From a virus (lineage: Duplodnaviria > Caudoviricetes): a stretch of DNA of 52,435 nucleotides. The translations under genes were made by a program, and so were the position numbers. This document shows positions 45,822 to 52,435 of the stretch, piece after piece. The stretch spans positions 1 through 52,435 of IMG/VR virus record IMGVR_UViG_3300010413_000048. One strand, written 5' to 3'. Under the pieces are notes generated by a model, which saw only the letters and a list, made by a program, of their open reading frames with translations, made no database searches and was not told the origin of the DNA. Position 1 is the stretch's first letter, and the number at the start of each line of letters is the position of its first letter.

Positions 45822-46164
45822 TAATCAAAGCATCTGCTTGAGACTTTTCAAATAATTCTTTTATACGATAATAGTCATGTAATATTTCCTGAATGCCCAC
45901 AACTAGTGCATGATGATCTATTAATATAGGAATGTCAGTACCTAAAAGCTTACCATATTCTATAGCATCTTCAAGTCCATAACATAGATTATCTTTTTCT
46001 TTACGTCCACAAGATTTTGCTATCATCATAGATTCAGCCTGTGTATGAGCTAGTATAATAGAAGATACATTTTTAGCTCCTTCTATCATAGCTGTAGTAT
46101 TTCCTATACCTCGTCTACTTAAGTGTATACATAACATATTCATAATCTTTATTGGATCTCTCAT
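45808..46164 (-). CDS. hypothetical protein with degenerate P-loop
   Basis: RRGIGNTT...LLG...PILIDH. Confidence 0.6.
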   Translation of the reverse strand: MRDPIKIMNMLCIHLSRRGIGNTTAMIEGAKNVSSIILAHTQAESMMIAKSCGRKEKDNLCYGLEDAIEYGKLLGTDIPILIDHHALVVGIQEILHDYYRIKELFEKSQADALIKINK

Positions 46165-46172
46165 GATTTACC

Positions 46173-47372
46173 TCACTTATTAATTTTTATTAAAGTATCA
46201 GCCTGAGGTCTTTGAATTAACTTAATCAATCCAGTTGCTTCAAGCGTCGCAGTGATTCTATCCATCATAAGTTTATCAGCGTCTGCCTCGAAGAATTTAG
46301 CAAACTGCTTGTATTCCATCTCATTTGTCTGGGCTGTGATGAAGAAGGTATTGGCCCTGAAAATAAGATCACTGATGTCACTCTTACCGACTCCGCGAAA
46401 TGTCATAGCCATTTGAACTTCTACTTCTTCAAGATATTTGATCGCTTGTTCAAGGTCGTCCTTGGTTAGGATCAAATCACCCTGTTCCTTTGGCTCTCTT
46501 GAAACAGACATAATCATTGCTAGTTTCATTAGATGAACCTTCCTCCGTCCACAGTAACCATCAAACTTAGGATCATGAAATGGAGGATTGTCGAAGTCAG
46601 TCCGACGCCAGTCTGCCCATAAGTCCATAAATCCCTGAGTCCATTGAAAAGAGCCACTGAGAAGTGAGATTGATTCTAAGTCATGAACAAGGGCTTCGAA
46701 CAATGACTTTTGTTCAATTGTCTCAGTTGGAAATATAGAAATATCATCTGCCTTTTCAGCATAGACAAAGATAATTCGTGAAGTTAAACCACCTCCAATG
46801 GAATCAGGTGGGAGGGAAGTACGAATAAGATCAGGTGTAGTACCTCCCATTATAGATAACCACACTCCACGGACTTGTTCCCTGTCACGTTTGATAGTTG
46901 TGTAAGACCAATTGTCTTCACAGTCGTACCAATTACAGAGGGTTGAAATAAGGTCATTGTTCTTATAGCCCAAGAAGACGGTGAACTCTTCTGAGAAAAC
47001 CGTTAGGGAAGAATGCCAGTATTGGTTTCCCTCAGTGTCGATATCAGCATGATTATTATTCTGCATTTGACTAATTAGAGATTGAAGAGAAGTAGCCTGT
47101 GGTGCAGTGCGGATGTTTGAGATGCAACTAAGGATGTCAAAGCCAGGTCGCATCGCAGTGCCTTTACCTGCAGCACTTTTACCAACGAGGATGATGTAGA
47201 AGTTAGGGTAGAAGGTAAGGGATACTCCCCATTCTACTTTTACCTTTCTTTGGAGTGCACTTGAGAGGCAAAGGATACCTACCCATTTGCGGTAGATAGA
47301 GGCTGTTTCAACATTGTCAGTATATTTCATAAAGGCGTCGAGCCAGTTTGGGAGATGCCGAGTGAGTTGCAT
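46173..47372 (-). CDS. DUF3987/YfjI-like ATPase (putative replicative helicase)
   Basis: YPNFYIILVGKSAAGKGT, SEE, L...YD, GGTTP, GGLTSRIIFV. Confidence 0.75.
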   Translation of the reverse strand: MQLTRHLPNWLDAFMKYTDNVETASIYRKWVGILCLSSALQRKVKVEWGVSLTFYPNFYIILVGKSAAGKGTAMRPGFDILSCISNIRTAPQATSLQSLISQMQNNNHADIDTEGNQYWHSSLTVFSEEFTVFLGYKNNDLISTLCNWYDCEDNWSYTTIKRDREQVRGVWLSIMGGTTPDLIRTSLPPDSIGGGLTSRIIFVYAEKADDISIFPTETIEQKSLFEALVHDLESISLLSGSFQWTQGFMDLWADWRRTDFDNPPFHDPKFDGYCGRRKVHLMKLAMIMSVSREPKEQGDLILTKDDLEQAIKYLEEVEVQMAMTFRGVGKSDISDLIFRANTFFITAQTNEMEYKQFAKFFEADADKLMMDRITATLEATGLIKLIQRPQADTLIKINK

Positions 47373-47548
47373 AAATTATTCCTGTAGTGATTTTCTTTTA
47401 TATAAAATAAGAGTTCCAAATGGAGTATGTATTTCTTCTTTATCAAATATATCAGAAATGGCTTTATGAAGTTCTTCATCAGACATATTATCTATATATT
47501 CTATCATTTTAAGTAGTAGTTCATTAAATTGCATAAGTAGTCTTTCCT

Positions 47549-47573
47549 AGATGTATAAATTATTTATTCATCT
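47549..47573. repeat. 25-bp palindrome, copy 20
   Basis: AGATGTATAAATTATTTATTCATCT. Confidence 0.9.
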
Positions 47574-47937
47574 GATAATCAATAATACCTTTTATATTTG
47601 GAGGAGTGTATGTACTTGGTTTAATCCACTTACCATCATTTCTTTTATATCCTCCTACTTTAGTCATATTGGATCTATGTATCTCATCAAATACAATACC
47701 TATATCTATTCCAAAAGTAATAGCTGCTCCATAAACTACATATAATAAATCTCCTAAAGCATCTGCTACTTTTACGATATCTTTTTTAATTATAGCTTCC
47801 TTTAATTCATCTAATTCTTCTTGAATTAATCTTACTCTTAAATCTTGTTGAAATTTATCTTCAAGTGTAGGCTTGATATTTATAGGATAATTAAATGTCT
47901 TATGAAATTCTTTAACTTGTTCTAATACTTTATTCAT
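47560..47937 (-). CDS. MazG-like NTP pyrophosphohydrolase (PRA-PH/HAD-associated type)
   Basis: VKEFH..F, LIQEELDEL, ADALGDLLYV, EIHRSNMTK, DGK.IKP. Confidence 0.9.
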   Translation of the reverse strand: MNKVLEQVKEFHKTFNYPINIKPTLEDKFQQDLRVRLIQEELDELKEAIIKKDIVKVADALGDLLYVVYGAAITFGIDIGIVFDEIHRSNMTKVGGYKRNDGKWIKPSTYTPPNIKGIIDYQMNK

Positions 47938-48075
47938 TGTAGTTATCCTTTCATCTTATAATATTTTTCAAGTTCTACGCAAATAGATCTTTTTGTATTG
48001 TATAGAATACGATTGTATTCTTGCCAATGAAGATCATTGGTTAGACCATTTCGTCTGGCTAAGAAGAGAATTAGT

Positions 48076-48342
48076 TTAATTATGTATTGGATCATTCTTA
48101 TTTCCTATTAATTTAGTTCTCTTGACTTGAATAGCTTGAACTGATCTACCTAACAATTTATGTAATTGTCTATCATTCATGCCTTTTCTTACTAGTATTA
48201 GATGGCATTCTTCCTCAGACCACCTACATCTATTAAGAGCATTTTTGTCTTTTCCCTGGGTCTTTTTGTAGTTATTTTTTCTTTCCTTATTTCTACCTTC
48301 TGGATTATTTAGTCTCCATCTCTTATGACTTTCATAACTCAT
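48076..48342 (-). CDS. small HTH (Myb-like) DNA-binding protein
   Basis: RWSEEE..LI...DRQL.K.LGRSVQAIQVKR.KL. Confidence 0.6.
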   Translation of the reverse strand: MSYESHKRWRLNNPEGRNKERKNNYKKTQGKDKNALNRCRWSEEECHLILVRKGMNDRQLHKLLGRSVQAIQVKRTKLIGNKNDPIHN

Positions 48343-50866
48343 TTCTCTTCTCCTCTAACTTTCTCCAAGTATCCTGAAGTTGCTGTGCAAATGATTCAGG
48401 ATTTGGTTTAACATCTTTACTTTTAATCTCAACCATCTCATCCTTACACATATTCCAGCCGATCGCAATATCAGCCGGTGTCGGTATTTCCCGCTCATGC
48501 CATATCAATGGCGTTTCCAATGATGATTTGATGTCCAGGATCATTCTGGCGTGTTCAATCCACGGTATTGACAATGGTATTTGAAACACAACTGAGTCAT
48601 GAATCTGGGTCAATAATTCAATAGGGCCAAACTTATCTTGGTTGTAATAGATATACTCAACTCCTTGTTCATTGATCTTGTCAGCAGTAGTACTTTGAGG
48701 AAGTTGTGCATAACCTTCACGATAAGTATTACGACAGTCACTCATGCGTACGGTTTGAGAAGGGATAATAGGACCAAGGAACAAGCGACGACGACCGAAG
48801 AGGTTGGTTATATAGCGACGCTCTCTGATTAGCATGTTCTGGATTAGTTGATGATAGCCATTGCGGATCTCAGGATAACCACGGTGAATGGATTCAAGGA
48901 TTCGCTTTGCTTCGGTTTCAGTCATTTCATTTACGAGGGCGAATTTCTTATAGGATTCATCATAGTTAATTCCATGATTTCCTTTCTTTCCCCAATACCT
49001 TTCACTCTGTCTACCATCACCAAGGGTTGATGATCCATCTTCCTTTGAGATCTGATCATAAGGTTTGTTGAAGATTACTGAGGCGGTGAGGGTATGTAGA
49101 TCGATTCCTGACTCAAAGGCCTCGATCTGGCTAATAACTCCTCCAACATATGCAACAATCCTGTTTTCAATCTGAGAGAGGTCAATGGAATATCCAACAT
49201 ATCCTTCATCGAAAAGGAAAAATCGAAGGAGATCATGCGGCCAGTTTTGTTGATTTCCACCTGTCCCAAATATCGTCTTACCACTTGAGAGTCTTCCAGT
49301 CTCAGCTCCGACTGGTTTATACGAACTTCTATATCTTCCATCTTTATCCACCTTTCCTATATTCAAATAAGTTGATATACGCTTTGCAAGAGAACGATGG
49401 TCAAGCATCAGTCGTGCAAAGTGACTTCCTTTTCCATTGAGTCTGTAGACCCGTTTGAGTGCGTCAACGTCAGAGGTTTCAACCCACTCATTTTTTGTGT
49501 TCTTCTTTTTATATGCTTTTAGTTTAAGTTCACGATAAAGATAATCCATCGTTTGTTGAGTTGAGTTAGGGTTGAAGTTAGGATTGCCACATTCCTCACG
49601 AATTTCAGCGACAAGAGATTCTAATATTTTGTCTTGCTCAATTCTATAATCAAGCATTCCTTGAACATCTACACGAATACCTCGTTCACCCATGTAGATA
49701 AGAGGATACTGAAGTTTCCTCTGTCGTTCATAAGTTTCAATGTTACCTTGCTTTTTCAATTCTTCTATTTGCTTAGGATGAGCTTCATTAGGAACCATAA
49801 CATCCATGCCGTTATAGTTCCACCATTCCTCCCATGTGCCAGTGCCCATCTTCATCCATTGTTTGCCGTCTTCTTTGTAGTATGGAACGTCAGTATATTG
49901 TCGACATACTTGATCAAGGCCAGCGGGGAGGTCAGGGAAGGAGATCTTTTGTGCTATTTGAGTGCAGTGGAGTTCTCCTCGTGGCTCGATTCCGTACTTG
50001 TGGAAGAGGAACTGGGTGTCGAAGATAAAGTTTGCACCTCGTTTTGCAATCGAAGCATCTTGCAAAAGTTCAGAAATGAGTTGCATAATTCTATACTCTT
50101 GTTCAATAGTGAAGTAGTCTCCTCTTTGATCTCTAAAGGGGATACATATACTACTCGTTTGTTTATATGCAAAGGCAATGCAGTCGAGTTCCCCATTAAT
50201 GACTTCAATATCAAGATCAATTGTTTGGCCCCCTCTTCCGACTTGCAGACAATATTGTAAGCAGTCGACTGCCTGCTGGAAAGTAGGTTTGACAATAGTT
50301 TTACGGCCAAGTCTTCTAATTTCTCTATATCCTGATTCATTCTTCGCCCTCAATAAATCCTCAGTGATCTGAGGTTTGTTTAAGAAGTTAAATTTGGGAG
50401 GGATGAAGGTAGCTGGATGAAATGTAGGAACTACTTTCAACCCTGGAACTAATGTACTTTCAAGAACAGAACTATGCCACTTACCAATACCAACTCGTGA
50501 ACAGAGTGCAACTAAAGGAATTGCTCCAGTTGCTACAACGCAGTTGAGAGTAGGCATTGATTTGAGTTCGTCACGAAGTTCGTTGATGTAGATCCAGCCT
50601 TCTTCACTGATCGACCAGTTCTGACGTTTGTAGTTGATGCTAATGTAACTTGCTAATGGCTTATCAAGGTCCTTGATTACATTGGTTAGGTAAAGATCAT
50701 GTCGATTGATCTTAGCCATTGCAAGACATTCATCTAGGCCTTGGCCAGCAGGACCTATGAAAGGACGAGGAGGAGTTCCACGAATTTCTTGGAGTCCAGG
50801 CTGTTCACCGCAGATTGCGAGGGCCGCTTGCTTGTTGCCGGAAGGTGGGACGTAGGTACTTCTCAT
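48332..50866 (-). CDS. polA: family A DNA polymerase with N-terminal uracil-DNA glycosylase-like domain and 3'-5' exonuclease
   Basis: GEQPG..E..PFIGPAG, TNVIK, TFHPA (family-4 UDG fold); DIE, N..FD, YN..D (exonuclease); TGRLSS, DLSQIE, RYWGKKGNHGINY, QIHDS. Confidence 0.92.
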   Translation of the reverse strand: MRSTYVPPSGNKQAALAICGEQPGLQEIRGTPPRPFIGPAGQGLDECLAMAKINRHDLYLTNVIKDLDKPLASYISINYKRQNWSISEEGWIYINELRDELKSMPTLNCVVATGAIPLVALCSRVGIGKWHSSVLESTLVPGLKVVPTFHPATFIPPKFNFLNKPQITEDLLRAKNESGYREIRRLGRKTIVKPTFQQAVDCLQYCLQVGRGGQTIDLDIEVINGELDCIAFAYKQTSSICIPFRDQRGDYFTIEQEYRIMQLISELLQDASIAKRGANFIFDTQFLFHKYGIEPRGELHCTQIAQKISFPDLPAGLDQVCRQYTDVPYYKEDGKQWMKMGTGTWEEWWNYNGMDVMVPNEAHPKQIEELKKQGNIETYERQRKLQYPLIYMGERGIRVDVQGMLDYRIEQDKILESLVAEIREECGNPNFNPNSTQQTMDYLYRELKLKAYKKKNTKNEWVETSDVDALKRVYRLNGKGSHFARLMLDHRSLAKRISTYLNIGKVDKDGRYRSSYKPVGAETGRLSSGKTIFGTGGNQQNWPHDLLRFFLFDEGYVGYSIDLSQIENRIVAYVGGVISQIEAFESGIDLHTLTASVIFNKPYDQISKEDGSSTLGDGRQSERYWGKKGNHGINYDESYKKFALVNEMTETEAKRILESIHRGYPEIRNGYHQLIQNMLIRERRYITNLFGRRRLFLGPIIPSQTVRMSDCRNTYREGYAQLPQSTTADKINEQGVEYIYYNQDKFGPIELLTQIHDSVVFQIPLSIPWIEHARMILDIKSSLETPLIWHEREIPTPADIAIGWNMCKDEMVEIKSKDVKPNPESFAQQLQDTWRKLEEKRNEL

Positions 50867-50952
50867 GTTCTCATTCCTGATATAAATCCCAGGATAAATC
50901 CAACTATTAATGCTATTATTACGTATACTGGTTCCATCTCATTCCTCCAATC

Positions 50953-50977
50953 AGATATATAAATTATTTATTTATCT
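50953..50977. repeat. 25-bp palindrome, copy 21
   Basis: AGATATATAAATTATTTATTTATCT. Confidence 0.9.
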
Positions 50978-51114
50978 GGCCAATCTCCATCATGATCATG
51001 TATATATCTAAATATTCCCCATAGATATCTACTTCCATGATGCTTCCAGTACCAGAGTCTTATCTTCTTAGATCGCTTACCTATTTTCCATATTATCCAT
51101 TGATAGAAAGTCAT
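50968..51114 (-). CDS. Trp-rich 48-aa hypothetical protein between palindrome copies 21 and 22
   Basis: MTFYQWIIWKIGKRSKKIRLWYWKHHG...WPDK*; the stop lies inside the palindrome. Confidence 0.5.
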   Translation of the reverse strand: MTFYQWIIWKIGKRSKKIRLWYWKHHGSRYLWGIFRYIHDHDGDWPDK

Positions 51115-51127
51115 ACTTCATTCCATT

Positions 51128-51152
51128 AGATATATAAATTATTTATTTATCT
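51128..51152. repeat. 25-bp palindrome, copy 22
   Basis: AGATATATAAATTATTTATTTATCT. Confidence 0.9.
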
Positions 51153-51355
51153 TTTGTTGCCTCTTTAAAACATCTTGGACAATGTAATTTATTATTTATA
51201 GTATACCACCCAGGTGGAAGATTCCAGTGGATTTCATCTTCTGAATTAGCAGTACAGATATTAATATATAAATTATGAACTTTATCAGCATTCCTAGCTA
51301 ACAATGTAGGATGGCATAATAATCCCTGGCATTCAAAATTCTTAGTGTATATCAT
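51143..51355 (-). CDS. small zinc-binding protein
   Basis: CQGLLC...GW...HCPRC; TAATG coupling. Confidence 0.65.
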   Translation of the reverse strand: MIYTKNFECQGLLCHPTLLARNADKVHNLYINICTANSEDEIHWNLPPGWYTINNKLHCPRCFKEATKDK

Positions 51356-52435
51356 TACTTTAATCCATTAAGTTTAACAAGAAAACTATCTCTATAACTC
51401 TTACTAAGCTCAAACCCCAGTGCTTCCATTCCAAGTTGATGTGCCGCAAGAAGTCCATTGCCTGAGCCAAGAAAAGGTATAAGTACACGTGAGCCAGGGA
51501 AGGCAAAGGTATCGTAGAGTTCTTTCATCAGCTCTATCGGCCGCTCAGTTGGATGAGTCTTTTGTTGGGAAGGGACTGGAGGAGTATTGAAAATATTTGA
51601 ACGGCCTTGTTTGTTCAGTGCAGGTTGTCCCTTCCAAGCATAGAAGAACATTTCGTAAGAATTGGCGAGGCGAGTTTCAGGCTGATTGCATTGACCTGAG
51701 GGTTTAGTCCAGATGCCACACATACGAGTTGTTTGGAAGCCTACTTCAGTAAGCATTTGATACATACTATTAAACCAAGGCTCTGGTGCAAACCATACTA
51801 TCATCCAAGAATGATTAGACATTACACGATAGCATTCTGTAAAAGTCTTTATCATAAACATACTATATTTATTTGAAGGTACCTCATTATAATCCTGCTT
51901 CTGATACTGACTCTCTCCTTCAGCTTTCTTCATCTGACCCTTTGTAAGATCTATTCCATAAGGTGGATCGATCTCCACCAGATTAACAACACCGTTAGGA
52001 ATGTCAGCAACACCTTCGAAAAAATCACGATTGATATAGCAGTTAGCAAGCCTAGCAATATTACCTTCTTTATTCTGTTCCACTTGTTTAGCGATCTCAT
52101 GACGGATTCCCTCTTCCTTTATTTTCTTGACGACCTTAGTTGCATCCTTGGCAGTCTTACATCCTTCAAATAATTCAGGCATTAGTTCTCGCAACTCATG
52201 ACGTTCAAGAGCTGCAGCCACTGCAGGCTGAGTCATGCCAAGGATAGCTCCGGTGTCTGATTGCTTGTGCCCAGAGCCGCCAGGGCCAGGAGTTGAGGTG
52301 CCTGCTGCTTGCTGGTGAAGTAAGTGTATGCGAGCGACAAGAGCATCATGTTCATGAGGTTCGAAGTCCTTACGATGAATGTTTTCGGCTTCTTCGATCA
52401 TAAGCATTTCGAGTTCGGTAAGGTCACGATTGTAG
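51355..52435 (-). CDS. ParB-DNA methyltransferase fusion: HTH and N6A/N4C MTase (beta class) part; true start at 380
   Basis: HTH QSDTGAILGMTQPAVAAAL; motif IV DPPY; HPTERP; motif I PFLGSG; GFEL. Confidence 0.88.
   Translation of the reverse strand, partial: YNRDLTELEMLMIEEAENIHRKDFEPHEHDALVARIHLLHQQAAGTSTPGPGGSGHKQSDTGAILGMTQPAVAAALERHELRELMPELFEGCKTAKDATKVVKKIKEEGIRHEIAKQVEQNKEGNIARLANCYINRDFFEGVADIPNGVVNLVEIDPPYGIDLTKGQMKKAEGESQYQKQDYNEVPSNKYSMFMIKTFTECYRVMSNHSWMIVWFAPEPWFNSMYQMLTEVGFQTTRMCGIWTKPSGQCNQPETRLANSYEMFFYAWKGQPALNKQGRSNIFNTPPVPSQQKTHPTERPIELMKELYDTFAFPGSRVLIPFLGSGNGLLAAHQLGMEALGFELSKSYRDSFLVKLNGLK
52292..52435. repeat. Terminal direct repeat, copy 2
   Basis: Identical to 1-144. 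Confidence 0.95.

Noticed and set aside
49634-50260. 208-aa plus-strand ORF and other antisense or alternate-frame ORFs in the track
   Set aside because: They overlap well-supported genes on the opposite strand or frame and have no recognisable motifs.
1806-51152. 25-bp palindromes as a CRISPR array (with 4549-5544 as Cas4)
   Set aside because: The copies are dispersed hundreds to thousands of bp apart with whole genes between them. The nuclease sits in an ordinary phage recombination module, and there is no cas1/cas2.
1806-51152. Palindromes as archaeal TATA boxes (they contain TTTATATA)
   Set aside because: Clear sigma70 promoters indicate a bacterial host, the ATA part varies between copies, and one copy lies between convergent stops.

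Overview
This window is a complete, circularly assembled genome of a tailed dsDNA bacteriophage with a podovirus-type gene set. The unit length is 52,291 bp; bases 1-144 recur at 52292-52435, in the middle of a gene. It has two transcription blocks. The minus-strand early/replication block (45094 through the join to about 16935) encodes ThyX, a DUF3987-type ATPase, a MazG-like enzyme, a UDG-PolA fusion, a ParB-methyltransferase fusion, dCMP deaminase, SSB, an AAA/Sak4-like ATPase, a Cas4-like nuclease, a HIRAN protein, an ATP ligase and many small ORFs. The plus-strand late block (17416-45072) encodes TerS, a sulfotransferase/radical-SAM/glycosyltransferase module, a tailspike, TerL, portal, scaffold, MCP, tail and ejection proteins. 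Near-consensus sigma70 promoters and GGAGG ribosome-binding sites indicate a bacterial host. No integrase, primase or endolysin was recognised. The most unusual signals are: (1) a DIP1984-like gene followed by a roughly 305-nt putative structured ncRNA with nested closing helices, a degenerate tRNA-Pro domain and a periodic UA(A/U)RG tract; (2) 22 copies of a 25-bp palindrome, AGAT-NN-ATAAA-WWW-TTTAT-NN-ATCT, almost all at gene junctions; (3) several virion-like proteins with signal peptides next to a glycan-modification module; (4) a small Tat-leader protein apparently built from PolA motifs; (5) a ligase whose canonical C-terminus is stranded downstream. All family calls come from reading motifs by eye, not from database searches.
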